Assembly (NCBI GenBank): GCA_013001705.1
Contig: JABDLZ010000310.1
Coordinates: 1-39,047, forward strand
From: Flavobacteriales bacterium
Lineage (GTDB): Bacteria; Bacteroidota; Bacteroidia; Flavobacteriales_D; JABDKJ01
Direction: 5' to 3'
Length of the DNA: 39,047 bases
The translations under genes were made by a program, and so were the position numbers. Shown here one piece after another: positions 1 through 9,718 of this stretch. Numbering within the stretch: position 1 is the first letter of the stretch; every line of letters starts with the position of its first letter. The notes under the pieces are model-generated. The model was not told the origin of the DNA, did no database searches, and saw nothing but the letters and a program-made list of their open reading frames with translations.

Positions 1-450
1 AGACCCAGTGAGGTATTCGGGGGAGGCAAAGAAGAAGGGATCGAATCATTGATCAGAGACGTTCTTCAAAAACGGCTGGTCGTATATCCAGGAGGAGTAG
101 AGGCTCCACTGTGCCCTATCCATGTCAATGATCTAGTGGATCAAATGGAAGAGATCATCCTTCAGGAAAGCCCCTCAGATATGATGATACTAAGAGGACC
201 CCAGTGTATGGGCTTTAAGGAGATCGTTCAGACCATTTCTGATGCTGCGGGTGTCCGGCCCATGTGCGTGTCTATCCCTAGATGGATGATGAGAATGGCA
301 GCCATGCTGGCGAAGTGGTTTCCGGGAGTCCTTCCCTTCACAGCCGATCAAGTGGCCAGACTGTATGCTCCTAAGCCGGTAGGAACCATTGATCGTTCGG
401 ATATGATTGGCCTGGTCGAGTATGTAAGGGAGTTGAAAGGTCAGAATTGA
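1..450 (+). CDS. C-terminal fragment of an NAD(P)-binding extended-SDR/epimerase-like protein (5' end outside window)
   Basis: Frame 1 is open from base 1 to TGA 448-450; RPSEVFGGGKEEGIESL precedes the TTG at 49 that the ORF track used. 'PIHVNDLVDQ' and the following C-terminal segment resemble the substrate domain of extended SDRs. The family call is from motif memory only. Confidence 0.45.
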   Translation, partial: RPSEVFGGGKEEGIESLIRDVLQKRLVVYPGGVEAPLCPIHVNDLVDQMEEIILQESPSDMMILRGPQCMGFKEIVQTISDAAGVRPMCVSIPRWMMRMAAMLAKWFPGVLPFTADQVARLYAPKPVGTIDRSDMIGLVEYVRELKGQN

Positions 451-454
451 TCGA

Positions 455-1963
455 TCAGCTCGTCCACCGCTTAGGATTCCTTATGAGCGTCAGACCTACC
501 CGGTCAACCAAATAGAAGAGCCCGATGCAGAGGAGTGGATACAACGTAAATAGGTATCTATTCTCCAAGGTCGCTGGTGTGAATGGCAGAATAAGAGGCA
601 AGGCTATACAATGGAAGAGAGCGAGTATGCAGAAGTTCCTGACCATGGAGTCCTTGCTTTGCATGCAGAGCAGGATAAGCCCAATGTAGCCCAATAGAAA
701 AACGGCATAGTAGCTCAGCGAAGCGTAGATCTTGAGCGCCTTCTGGAAGAGATTCATCTGGTTGAAGGAGGGAAGTAGAACATAGCTGCTGCCCGAGGTG
801 AACACTCTGCGTTTCACATTGCGGAGTGGATTGATGACATGATACGTGAATGGACGAGCCGATCTGACCTGACTCCTGTATCGATCTGCTATGGAGATGA
901 TCTCCTCTTCCAATAAGGCACTCCGTTCTGGATCATAATCCGTTTTGAAATCCATATAGACATTCCGAAGCATCTCCAGTGAATCCCTATCGAACTCCAC
1001 ACCTTCGAACCATTTTTCAGGCATTTGAAATGCACGGGCATCTTCTTCAGAGCTGGCCCGGAACCATTGGGCCAATCCCGGCTCGAAATAGGCGGTCTCT
1101 ATATCCAGACTGGAAGCCAGAGCTCGCGTGGCCAGCCAAGCCTTGGAATAGGGTTTCCCGTAGGACTCGTGCATAGGGGTCTCGAGTGGTATGAAGCGCC
1201 CAAAGGCCTCGTAATTCCTGCCGATCCACAATCCCTCAATGATCAAGAATGGCAAACAGAAAAGGAAGGCAGGTCTCAAACTCCTCATGAATGTCTTACG
1301 GTCCTTGAATCCCTTGATCAAGAGGATGATACCTATCGGTACCAAGAGATACCCGAGAAAAGGGCGCAGGAAGATCGCCCAGGTAAAGAAGAATCCAGCC
1401 CAAGGGAGTCGGCTCCATTTCTTATCCCTCCAATAGCTGAACAAGTGATAGATGGCCAGGATGAACAAAGCCACGCTTGGTGATTCAGTAATCGTAGAGA
1501 AGTCATATCTCAAGAAATACAGACTGGTACCATAGAAAAGGAAGACCATCCAGAAGATCCGCCTAGATCGGGTCAGGCGATAGGCAAGAAGAGCCAAGAA
1601 GTAGATGCTGATCGCAGTGAGAACTACCTGCAGAATGATCAGAATGCGCAGGGCAGTCATCTGATCGAATACCGTGCGCAGTAGGTAATAGGGAGCGGCA
1701 TACCCCGGCATCCGTCCAGCATAGGGATGGATATTTCCCCAACTATAGGTGCCAATTTCGAAGTAATTATCGACCGGTAAGAGGAAATAGCCATAATCCA
1801 CTTCTTTGAGAACGATGGTGTCGATCATCCGGTCAGAGAAGTGCTCATGCCCTTGTGCAAGGAAATAGCCCAGTATAGGAAGGCGGATGATCAGGATGAG
1901 AGCGATCAATAGCACCGGGTGATCGGCAGGTGCCTTCAGTATATCCAATGGTCGCTTGCGCAT
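455..1963 (-). CDS. polytopic membrane glycosyltransferase, GT-C fold (ArnT/PMT-like), putative
   Basis: 502-aa ORF with about nine to ten hydrophobic segments, an acidic/aromatic first loop ('KEVDYGYF') and a ~150-aa soluble loop before the last three helices. ATG at 1963 is preferred over the ORF-track TTG at 1972, because that TTG is the last three bases of a TACATTTG -7 box. Confidence 0.5.
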   Translation of the reverse strand: MRKRPLDILKAPADHPVLLIALILIIRLPILGYFLAQGHEHFSDRMIDTIVLKEVDYGYFLLPVDNYFEIGTYSWGNIHPYAGRMPGYAAPYYLLRTVFDQMTALRILIILQVVLTAISIYFLALLAYRLTRSRRIFWMVFLFYGTSLYFLRYDFSTITESPSVALFILAIYHLFSYWRDKKWSRLPWAGFFFTWAIFLRPFLGYLLVPIGIILLIKGFKDRKTFMRSLRPAFLFCLPFLIIEGLWIGRNYEAFGRFIPLETPMHESYGKPYSKAWLATRALASSLDIETAYFEPGLAQWFRASSEEDARAFQMPEKWFEGVEFDRDSLEMLRNVYMDFKTDYDPERSALLEEEIISIADRYRSQVRSARPFTYHVINPLRNVKRRVFTSGSSYVLLPSFNQMNLFQKALKIYASLSYYAVFLLGYIGLILLCMQSKDSMVRNFCILALFHCIALPLILPFTPATLENRYLFTLYPLLCIGLFYLVDRVGLTLIRNPKRWTS

Positions 1964-1969
1964 GGTCGA

Positions 1970-1977
1970 CAAATGTA
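1970..1977 (-). promoter_or_regulatory. Bacteroidota-type -7 promoter box TACATTTG (TAnnTTTG) for the GT-C gene
   Basis: Perfect TAnnTTTG on the minus strand with 6 nt between its G and the ATG at 1963. This predicts a leaderless or near-leaderless mRNA. Confidence 0.4.
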
Positions 1978-2018
1978 TTCACTTCATGTCGCGGCCGATG
2001 AGGATGATCGCACGATGA

Positions 2019-2049
2019 TTTGTCAGACCGGAGTAAGGGTCTACTTTTG
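2019..2049 (+). promoter_or_regulatory. Bacteroidota-type promoter (-33 TTTG, 19-nt spacer, -7 TACTTTTG) for tRNA-Leu
   Basis: TTTG at 2019-2022 and TACTTTTG at 2042-2049. The tRNA 5' end is 21 nt downstream of the box. Both elements and the spacing match the published Bacteroides/Flavobacterium consensus. Confidence 0.55.
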
Positions 2050-2070
2050 CATGGCTTGAATCAAGCTGTT

Positions 2071-2156
2071 GCCCGGGTGGTGGAATTGGTAGACACGATG
2101 GACTTAAAATCCATTGAGCAGTAATGTTCGTGCGGGTTCAAGTCCCGCCCCGGGTA
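2071..2156 (+). tRNA. tRNA-Leu (anticodon TAA)
   Basis: Acceptor stem GCCCGGG/CCCGGGT. Anticodon stem ATGGA/TCCAT with loop CTTAAAA. Long variable arm. T-arm GCGGG-TTCAAGT-CCCGC. Discriminator A at 2156. No encoded CCA. Confidence 0.9.
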
Positions 2157-2208
2157 CTCTTTCTGATGCAGACACACCGCTCTTCATACATAACTACTCG
2201 ATAGAACG

Positions 2209-3144
2209 TTGAAGGTCCACACCGACATAGATTCTATCAAAGGGATCTCGCGTCCCATACTCACCATAGGTACTTTCGATGGCGTACATCGAGGACATAG
2301 GGTCATTATCGACCGACTCAATGGGATCGCTCAAGAGGAGCAAGGAGAGTCCGTCCTTCTGACTTTTCATCCGCACCCGCGTAGCGTAGTCAGTGAAGTG
2401 GGCGCGATAGAGCTACTGACCACCATGGAAGAACGTCTGCAATTATTGGAGGCTGCTGGTCTGGATCATGTCATCGTCTACCCCTTCACTCATGAATTCT
2501 CCCGTATCTCGGCCTTGGCCTATGTGCGTGATATTCTGGTCAACCGCATCGATCTGCATTATGCCGTAGTGGGATATGACCACCATTTCGGAAGGAACAG
2601 GGAAGGGGATATCCATCTGTTACATGAATTGGCCGAGGTATACGGATTCCAAGTAGAAGAGATCAGCGCACAGACCATAGAAGAGGTGAAAGTGAGTAGC
2701 ACCAAAGTGCGCTCAGCTCTGCGTGAAGGACGGCTGGATGATGTGAAGAAATATCTAGGCTATGACTATATGCTCACTGGTACGGTGGTCAAGGGAGATG
2801 GCAGAGGCAAGGGTATGGGATTCCCTACGGCCAATATCCTACCTAATGATCCCAATAAGTTGATCCCAGCACAAGGCGTATATGCCATCAAGGCACTGAT
2901 AGAGGACCAAGTGCGTACAGGTATGATGAATATCGGCACGCGACCCACTTTCAGCTCAGGGCAGGATGAGGTGCATATCGAGGCACATCTATTCGATCTG
3001 GATACCGACCTCTATGGGAAAGAGATGCGCATCGATTTCCTCGCACGCATACGAGGGGAAAAGCGATTCTCAGGAAAAGAAGAGTTGCAAGATCAATTGC
3101 AGCAGGACAAGGCCGAAGTCCTAGGACTGCTCAAGGATCACTGA
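2209..3144 (+). CDS. ribF: bifunctional riboflavin kinase / FAD synthetase
   Basis: 'ILTIGTFDGVHRGH' nucleotidyltransferase motif at the N-terminus and a riboflavin-kinase half ('GFPTANI', 'MNIGTRPTF'). TTG start gives the family-typical MKV N-terminus. Confidence 0.88.
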   Translation: MKVHTDIDSIKGISRPILTIGTFDGVHRGHRVIIDRLNGIAQEEQGESVLLTFHPHPRSVVSEVGAIELLTTMEERLQLLEAAGLDHVIVYPFTHEFSRISALAYVRDILVNRIDLHYAVVGYDHHFGRNREGDIHLLHELAEVYGFQVEEISAQTIEEVKVSSTKVRSALREGRLDDVKKYLGYDYMLTGTVVKGDGRGKGMGFPTANILPNDPNKLIPAQGVYAIKALIEDQVRTGMMNIGTRPTFSSGQDEVHIEAHLFDLDTDLYGKEMRIDFLARIRGEKRFSGKEELQDQLQQDKAEVLGLLKDH

Positions 3145-3995
3145 ATCCGCAGGCGACAGTACACAGGCAGATGATCGGAAGGGTACTCGCCCTCATGATC
3201 TATATCCAACACTTCGTAAGAGTTGGCGGGGATATCAAAGCTCAGGAAGATATAATCCACCCGCTCGCCTGAGTGGTCTTTGCGTTTCACCCAACCGGGT
3301 TGGGTCGCTTCCATGTCAGAAATGCTCACCAAACTATTTTCTTCAGAGTCCTTTGCCCATTCACTGATGGATCGGATAATAGCAGACTCCGGACTGTGTG
3401 CCATATCTGCCAGTAGCATAAAAGTCTCTCCATCGACCAATTCCGTGATGATATCCTTCAATCGTTCGGTGATAGCGAATTTGTCATGACCAGCATCCAG
3501 GTCGATGCGGGTGTTCAGGACATAGAGCTCCTTCTCACTGGCCATATGTCTCAATTTGACCCAATTCAAGAACTGCATCTGATTATCCGAGGCCTGACCT
3601 GATTCCGTCTTCTCGATAGCTTCTCCTATCAGAAAGGTCCCTTCATCCACGGATTCGTAGATCGATCTGGAATAGAGGATAGGACACATATCGGTCCCCA
3701 TGACCAGACTCTGTGAAGTAGGGGCATACGAGGCGTAATCCTTCAATTTCTCTTCCAGCCACTCTGTTTGGCCTAGAGTAGCACCTTGAAGACCAAGTAT
3801 CTCCGGTGAGCGGCTGTGTATCACTTGAGCAACCATGGCCTTTCTCTCATCCCATGGTCGTGCTTGCTCCGAACTGCTCTCCAAATGGATATTGTAGGTC
3901 ATCACACTGGTCATCACCCGGACAGGCGACTCAGGAAGTGAGGCGGCAATCAAAAGCATAAAAAGGGCTGGAATCCCTAGAATTCTGTAAAGCAT
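3138..3995 (-). CDS. secreted endonuclease/exonuclease/phosphatase (EEP) family protein
   Basis: N-terminal signal-like helix. 'VMTYNIH' near the N-terminus, 'ILGLQ', and C-terminal 'SDHLPVY' are typical EEP catalytic motifs. Confidence 0.72.
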   Translation of the reverse strand: MLYRILGIPALFMLLIAASLPESPVRVMTSVMTYNIHLESSSEQARPWDERKAMVAQVIHSRSPEILGLQGATLGQTEWLEEKLKDYASYAPTSQSLVMGTDMCPILYSRSIYESVDEGTFLIGEAIEKTESGQASDNQMQFLNWVKLRHMASEKELYVLNTRIDLDAGHDKFAITERLKDIITELVDGETFMLLADMAHSPESAIIRSISEWAKDSEENSLVSISDMEATQPGWVKRKDHSGERVDYIFLSFDIPANSYEVLDIDHEGEYPSDHLPVYCRLRIQ

Positions 3996-4212
3996 TGGTG
4001 GTCGGTTTTTTTGTGTTCGTCTATGTGTTTTGGTCGTTGGTCTACGAAATTAACAATTTTCTGTTGATAAGTCCAGAAGACTGTTCGACTCTTAGAACCC
4101 ATCACTTTTTCATTCAAAGGGCCTCTATCTGACTCTGTGCGTGCAGTTTAACTCGACATCTCTTTTATCCTTCTGGCAGATAAGCTAAACTTGCAGCCTT
4201 ATTGAAGAGCGC

Positions 4213-6843
4213 ATGGATATTGCCAAGAAATACGACCCGAGTCAGGCAGAAGACAAGTGGTACACCTACTGGATGGAGAACGGGTATTTCCGTTCGGTCC
4301 CAGATGAAAGAGAGGCATATACGGTGGTCATCCCACCGCCCAATGTCACCGGAGTGCTGCACATGGGACACATGCTCAACAATACCATTCAGGATGTGCT
4401 GGTGCGTAGAGCGCGCATGCTCGGGTACAATGCATGCTGGGTGCCAGGTACTGACCATGCTTCTATAGCCACTGAGGCCAAAGTAGTGCGTAAGCTCAGA
4501 GAAGAGGGCATCAAGAAATCGGACCTGAGCAGGGATGAATTCATGGAGCATGCCTGGGAGTGGACCCATAAGCACGGTGGGATCATCCTAGAGCAACTGA
4601 AGAAATTAGGTGCCAGCTGTGATTGGGATCGTACCACATTCACCATGGATGAGGATTATTCGGAGAGTGTCATCGATACCTTCATCGACCTTTTTCAGAA
4701 AGGAAAGATCTATCGAGGTGAACGTATGATCAACTGGGACCCCGCGGCAAAGACCGCCTTAAGTGATGAAGAGGTCATCCACAAGGAAGTCTCTTCCAAA
4801 CTCTATCATGTCCGGTACAAGGTCGCAGGCACGCAGGATGAGTGGCTGACCATTGCTACCACCCGACCGGAGACTATTCTCGGTGATACGGCCATCTGCA
4901 TCCATCCCAAGGATGAGCGCTATACACATCTGCACGGCAAGAAGGCTATTGTACCTCTGGTGGAGCGGGAGGTGCCTATTATTTTGGACGATTATGTCGA
5001 TATGGAATTCGGGACAGGATGTCTCAAAGTCACTCCTGCACATGATGTGAATGACTATGATCTAGGGAAGAAACATGACCTGGAGGTCATCGATATCATG
5101 CATCCGGATGGTACGATGAGTGATGCTGCTCAACTATATATAGGTGAGGATCGATTCAAGGTGCGTAAACTGATCTCCAAGGACCTGGAAGAGAAGGGTC
5201 ACTTGATCCAGATAGAGGACTATCAGAACAAGGTGGGCTACTCCGAACGCACTGATGTGGTCATCGAACCTCGATTGAGCTTGCAATGGTGGGTAGATAT
5301 GAAAGCCATCTCCAAACCGGCACGGGACGCGGTCATCGATGGGGATGTGCGCTTCGTTCCAGAGAAATTCGTGAATACCTACCGCCACTGGATGGATAAT
5401 ATCAAGGACTGGTGCATCAGTCGTCAGCTCTGGTGGGGGCACCGGATCCCCGCATACTATTATGGGGAGGGCGATGATGATTTTGTGGTTGCCAAGACGT
5501 TTGATGAAGCGCTAGACAAGGCCAAAGAGAAGAGTGGCAATGCTTCATTGACCTCTAATGACCTGAAGCAGGAAGAGGATGTGTTGGATACCTGGTTCAG
5601 TTCCTGGCTGTGGCCTATATCCGTTTTCAATGGATTCTATTCCCGCGAAGAGGTCGATTACTACTACCCGACCAATGACTTGGTCACGGCTCCTGAGATC
5701 ATGTTCTTCTGGGTAGCGCGTATGATCATAGCCGGATACGAGTACCGAGGGGAAAAACCGTTCGAGAATGTCTATTACACAGGAATCGTACGTGACAAAC
5801 AAGGTCGAAAGATGAGTAAGTCCCTCGGCAATTCGCCCGATCCGATCGAGCTCATGGAAGAGTACGGTGCCGATGGAGTGCGTGTAGGAATGCTTCTGAC
5901 CTCACCTGCCGGTAACGATCTTCCTTTCGATGTCAAACTCTGTGAGCAGGGAAGGAATTTCGCCAATAAGATCTGGAACAGCATGCGCCTGATCAAAGGC
6001 TGGGAAACTGCCGAACAGGCGAGTACGGAAATGGATCAAGTGGCCATCGATTGGATGCGGAGCCGGCTCGCACAGGTCATCGATGAGCAGGAGCAAGGCT
6101 ATGCCGATTTCCGCATCAGCGAGGTACTCATGAGTACCTATAAGCTCATCTGGGATGACTTCTGCTCTTGGTATCTGGAGATGATCAAGCCACCATTCGG
6201 TAGCCCTATAAGCAAGTCTACTTACGGGGCCACTCTCGATGTCTTGGAGGATATCCTGAAGATGCTGCACCCTTTCATGCCCTTCTTGAGTGAAGAAGTA
6301 TGGCACACCATCCGAGAGCGCAATGGTAAGGATGACGCGCTCATCGTGGCTCCATGGCCTACTCCTGCTCAGAAAGATGAGCGACTGCTCAAGGAATTCC
6401 ACCGCTTCAGCGAAGTGGTCAGTGCGGTGAGGAACATCCGTAAAGAGAACAATCTCTCTTTCAAAGAAGAACTTGAAATGTCCATCAAGGAGAACGAGGC
6501 CAGAGATACTTCATTCGATGATTTGATCAAGAAACTCTGCAATCTGAGCTCGATAGGCACCGTGGATGAGAAAGTATCTCGTGCTTATGGATTCCTGGTG
6601 GGTTCCAACGAGTACTTCATACCGATGACCGGTGAGATCGATATAGAGGAAGAGACTACCAAATTGAAAGAGGAATTGGACTACACAAAGGGCTTCTTGA
6701 ATTCGGTACAGAAGAAATTAGCCAATGAGCGTTTTGTCAGCGGTGCTCCTGAACAGGTAGTGGCTAATGAACGTAGGAAGGAGGCTGATGCGCTGGCCAA
6801 GATCAAGATCCTAGAAGAGAAGTTGGATTCATTGGTCAATTAA
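4213..6843 (+). CDS. valS: valine--tRNA ligase
   Basis: 876 aa with '[13 protein letters not shown]' (HIGH motif), 'KMSKSLGN' (KMSKS motif) and a C-terminal coiled-coil. Confidence 0.97.
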   Translation: MDIAKKYDPSQAEDKWYTYWMENGYFRSVPDEREAYTVVIPPPNVTGVLHMGHMLNNTIQDVLVRRARMLGYNACWVPGTDHASIATEAKVVRKLREEGIKKSDLSRDEFMEHAWEWTHKHGGIILEQLKKLGASCDWDRTTFTMDEDYSESVIDTFIDLFQKGKIYRGERMINWDPAAKTALSDEEVIHKEVSSKLYHVRYKVAGTQDEWLTIATTRPETILGDTAICIHPKDERYTHLHGKKAIVPLVEREVPIILDDYVDMEFGTGCLKVTPAHDVNDYDLGKKHDLEVIDIMHPDGTMSDAAQLYIGEDRFKVRKLISKDLEEKGHLIQIEDYQNKVGYSERTDVVIEPRLSLQWWVDMKAISKPARDAVIDGDVRFVPEKFVNTYRHWMDNIKDWCISRQLWWGHRIPAYYYGEGDDDFVVAKTFDEALDKAKEKSGNASLTSNDLKQEEDVLDTWFSSWLWPISVFNGFYSREEVDYYYPTNDLVTAPEIMFFWVARMIIAGYEYRGEKPFENVYYTGIVRDKQGRKMSKSLGNSPDPIELMEEYGADGVRVGMLLTSPAGNDLPFDVKLCEQGRNFANKIWNSMRLIKGWETAEQASTEMDQVAIDWMRSRLAQVIDEQEQGYADFRISEVLMSTYKLIWDDFCSWYLEMIKPPFGSPISKSTYGATLDVLEDILKMLHPFMPFLSEEVWHTIRERNGKDDALIVAPWPTPAQKDERLLKEFHRFSEVVSAVRNIRKENNLSFKEELEMSIKENEARDTSFDDLIKKLCNLSSIGTVDEKVSRAYGFLVGSNEYFIPMTGEIDIEEETTKLKEELDYTKGFLNSVQKKLANERFVSGAPEQVVANERRKEADALAKIKILEEKLDSLVN

Positions 6844-6873
6844 GGGATTGAAAACCGGCATCTGTACCGAGCG

Positions 6874-7218
6874 ATGTTAGACCCGAAAAAGAAAAGCGAG
6901 CTAAAGGATCTGATCCTATCCACCATCGAAGAGGTGAAGGAAGAGATCAAGGAGTTGAAAGAACTCACAAAACCTATTGCCCCTGAGAATGCGATCGGGA
7001 GGGTCAGTCGCATGGATGCCATCAACAATAAGAGCATCAATGAAGCGGCATTGCGTCAGACCGAGGTCAAGCTCCGTAAACTGGAGACCGCCTTGGAAAA
7101 GGTGGGCGAAGAGTTCTTCGGTCTGTGCGGAGCCTGCGGTCAGGAAATCCCGGTGGGCAGACTGATGTTGATGCCAGAGAGTGTGTTCTGTGTGCAGTGT
7201 GCTGAGCGGAGAAGGTGA
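6874..7218 (+). CDS. DksA/TraR family C4-type zinc-finger protein
   Basis: 114 aa with an N-terminal coiled-coil and C-terminal 'CGACGQEI...CVQC' four-Cys finger. Confidence 0.8.
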   Translation: MLDPKKKSELKDLILSTIEEVKEEIKELKELTKPIAPENAIGRVSRMDAINNKSINEAALRQTEVKLRKLETALEKVGEEFFGLCGACGQEIPVGRLMLMPESVFCVQCAERRR

Positions 7219-7234
7219 TGTACACCTCCTTATG

Positions 7235-8140
7235 CTATTCTGAGTCAGCTCCTAGCCTGAATGTCTCCTGAAGCATTCCCAATCTATACAGATCAAAATG
7301 TAGGAGTGAGGAGCTCCCTTCGGCCAATGACCTCCTGATCATGGGACTTAGCACACGGAAGAGTGGCCCGAGAATGAACCGCAATGGAGCACTTTTCCTA
7401 TAGATGCGCAGGAGACGCACATCTGCAAAGAGTTCTTCAGCATATGAAGTATTCTTGACGATGAAGTGCAGATTAGACAGGGCTTTATCAGTATGCATCA
7501 AGAAGACATCGTTCTCTTCCAGATGATCATTGAGAATGGGATTATCTATATGGAGAATGTCGACTCCTCGCCTCCTTAATTCGATACCCATCAGCGTATC
7601 CTCATGTCCGTAGTCGGTCAGGCGCTCATCAAAGGGAATGGCCGCAAGAACGGATTTGAGAATCACGAAATTGTTGGTCATGAACCCTTGATGCGGATGC
7701 GTATTCCGTTGAGCTGCCGATCGAGATTCCCGCTTTCTTCCATAGGTCCATCGAAGTCTCTGAGCAGTAGGAGGTTCCTGCTGCGGATATAGCCTTCCTC
7801 CACAGATGACCTTATCCGGATGCGACCGGATGGAGTCAATATAATGCTTCAAGAAATCATCCCGGCAGACCAGTCCATCGCAATCCAGGAATAGGAGATG
7901 CCCATGGGATGCATGTTCTAAGAATCGGTTCCGGATACGCGCCCTACCGATATTCTCGTCCAGTTGGATATAGTTTATCTCACTATGGATCTGCCGGTTC
8001 TTCTGCCGTATCTCAGTATCGGAGGCATCATCGATCAAGATTATCTCTACCTCGACTTCTAGCGACCGGCTTTGCTGGAGTAGGTCATCGACCAAGGTCT
8101 GAATCGGTCTTTGAAATACGGGTATACAGATGGACAGCAT
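7235..8140 (-). CDS. glycosyltransferase family 2 protein
   Basis: 'LSICIPVF' N-terminus, 'IILIDDASDT' and 'FLDCDG' (DxD-type) motifs characteristic of the GT-A/GT2 fold. Confidence 0.8.
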   Translation of the reverse strand: MLSICIPVFQRPIQTLVDDLLQQSRSLEVEVEIILIDDASDTEIRQKNRQIHSEINYIQLDENIGRARIRNRFLEHASHGHLLFLDCDGLVCRDDFLKHYIDSIRSHPDKVICGGRLYPQQEPPTAQRLRWTYGRKRESRSAAQRNTHPHQGFMTNNFVILKSVLAAIPFDERLTDYGHEDTLMGIELRRRGVDILHIDNPILNDHLEENDVFLMHTDKALSNLHFIVKNTSYAEELFADVRLLRIYRKSAPLRFILGPLFRVLSPMIRRSLAEGSSSLLHFDLYRLGMLQETFRLGADSE

Positions 8141-8200
8141 CGGTGGTCTGGGCGGTTGATCAGCTTAGTACGGTGATTCTTATAATTCGAAAGTCGACCC

Positions 8201-8752
8201 TTATTTCCGTTCGATCTTCACATCTCCCGATTTGGTCTTGAACCGGTCCGAAGCGATGACTTTCCCATCCCTATATTCCTCTGTCATACGCGGTTCCCCA
8301 TTCTCATCGTAGTGCACCAATCTCCCGTGGAGTTGATCGTCCTTGAAATTCCGTTCGGTATAGATGGTCCCATCTTCATACCATCCCAACCACCTTCCGG
8401 TCTTCTTGCCCATGTCGTAGTGATATTGATAGCGTAGAATCCCGTTCTCATAGTACTCCTTGTATTCCCCGTGTTCTTTCTCATCTATCACCGTACCTTC
8501 TTTGAACATATTTCCATTGGGGTGCCAGGTGCGCCATAATCCCTGCTTCACGCCATTCACATAACTGCGCATGGCCATCGGAGTCCCATCTTTCTTTATG
8601 AAATATGCCTCACCGGTATAGGGCTCATCATCCAAGGTAAATACACCATCTACAGGCCTGAGGTCTGAGAATTGTACAGTGTCCTCAGGAACTTGAGCAC
8701 TGAGCGTGCCAGTCAGGATCAGAAATAGGAAAGCGGTCCAGATACTTCGCAT
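8201..8752 (-). CDS. secreted MORN-variant repeat protein (YwqK-like repeat family)
   Basis: Signal peptide 'MRSIWTAFLFLILTGTLSAQ'. Repeated G-x-W-x-x-(W/Y)-x-x-N-G units ('GLWRTWHPNGN', 'GEYKEYYENGI', 'GRWLGWYEDGT', 'GRLVHYDENGE'). ATG 8752 is preferred over the ORF-track GTG 8791. Confidence 0.7.
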   Translation of the reverse strand: MRSIWTAFLFLILTGTLSAQVPEDTVQFSDLRPVDGVFTLDDEPYTGEAYFIKKDGTPMAMRSYVNGVKQGLWRTWHPNGNMFKEGTVIDEKEHGEYKEYYENGILRYQYHYDMGKKTGRWLGWYEDGTIYTERNFKDDQLHGRLVHYDENGEPRMTEEYRDGKVIASDRFKTKSGDVKIERK

Positions 8753-8829
8753 GGCTTCGGTGATCGTTGATTTTTCAATGAAGTTAAACACAAAGAACGG
8801 TCCAAGATGCAGTAATCTTGCACACGACC

Positions 8830-9714
8830 ATGAGGTTTGGGGCGATCGACATAGGAACGAATGCGGTGAGGTTGATCATCAAAGAGGTCCATGAATTCGA
8901 GGGAAGCTTCCGCTCTTTCAAGATCTGTTATACCCGCGTACCCATTCGTCTAGGGGCAGATGTGTTTTCTTCTGGTGCGATAAGTCGTACCAAGCAGAAC
9001 CAGTTACTGCAAACCTTGCAGGCCTTCAAACTCCTTATGGAAGTGCAAGGAGTCATCGAATATAGAGCGTGCAGCACTTCAGCTATGCGAGAAGCGGAGA
9101 ATGGATCAGAAGTGGTGCAATATATCCGGTCCGAATCCAACGTTAATCTCGAGATACTCAGTGGAGAAGATGAAGCAGAGGCCCTGATGGCCAATTTCCG
9201 AACACAGAATCTGGATCCCGAGCAACTGTATCTCTTCATAGATGTAGGAGGAGGGAGCACCGAGTTCAGCCTGATCCGTAATGGGGAGCGAATTCTTGCC
9301 CGTTCATTCAAGATAGGTACGGTCAGAGAGCTCTATGGCAAGGTCGACCCCGATGAATGGACCCGACTGAAGGAATTTGCGTCCAAGATCAAGCAGATGG
9401 ACGAGAAGGTCATAGGCATAGGCACGGGAGGGAATATCAACCGGATCTATAAAGAATCAGGTAAGACCCAACTGAGTAACATCTCTCCTCAAGAGATCCT
9501 CAAGGTGAAACACTGGCTCTTGGATCACAGCTATGAGGAACGTATACACAAGCTGAAACTCAAACCTGACCGGGCCGATGTGATCATCCCTGCGGCTGAT
9601 ATCTATCTGGACTCCATGCTATTTGCCGGAGTGGAGGAGATGATCGTACCGCGATTGGGTCTTTCCGATGGACTCATCCTGCGCATGTTCAATGATATGC
9701 GCCAGTCGGCTTGA
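8830..9714 (+). CDS. Ppx/GppA family phosphatase (exopolyphosphatase-like, two ASKHA domains only)
   Basis: 'FGAIDIGTNAVRLII', 'CSTSAMREAENG' and 'FIDVGGGSTEF' motifs. ATG 8830 is preferred because the ORF-track TTG 8818 is the end of a TAATCTTG near-consensus -7 box. Confidence 0.8.
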   Translation: MRFGAIDIGTNAVRLIIKEVHEFEGSFRSFKICYTRVPIRLGADVFSSGAISRTKQNQLLQTLQAFKLLMEVQGVIEYRACSTSAMREAENGSEVVQYIRSESNVNLEILSGEDEAEALMANFRTQNLDPEQLYLFIDVGGGSTEFSLIRNGERILARSFKIGTVRELYGKVDPDEWTRLKEFASKIKQMDEKVIGIGTGGNINRIYKESGKTQLSNISPQEILKVKHWLLDHSYEERIHKLKLKPDRADVIIPAADIYLDSMLFAGVEEMIVPRLGLSDGLILRMFNDMRQSA

Positions 9715-9718
9715 GATC

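Noticed and set aside
2071-2156. tRNA-Leu as a possible integration site for a genomic island or prophage.
   Set aside because: No integrase, no direct repeat of the tRNA 3' end and no accessory genes are present. ribF and valS follow immediately.
5902-6402. A 166-aa ORF antisense to valS. Similar long antisense ORFs occur at 1025-1483, 14956-15399 and 4165-4575.
   Set aside because: They lie entirely inside well-supported conserved genes on the opposite strand and have no recognisable motifs. Such open antisense frames are expected by chance at this GC content.
6874-7218. The DksA/TraR-family protein as a hint of conjugative (TraR) functions.
   Set aside because: It is a single small zinc-finger gene directly after valS with no transfer genes nearby, which is typical of a housekeeping DksA-like paralogue.
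8201-8752. The MORN-variant/YwqK-like repeat protein is often auto-annotated as a toxin-antitoxin system antitoxin.
   Set aside because: It has a clear signal peptide, and no adjacent toxin-like gene exists; its neighbours are a GT2 gene and a divergent ppx gene. The repeat family name alone does not support a TA system here.
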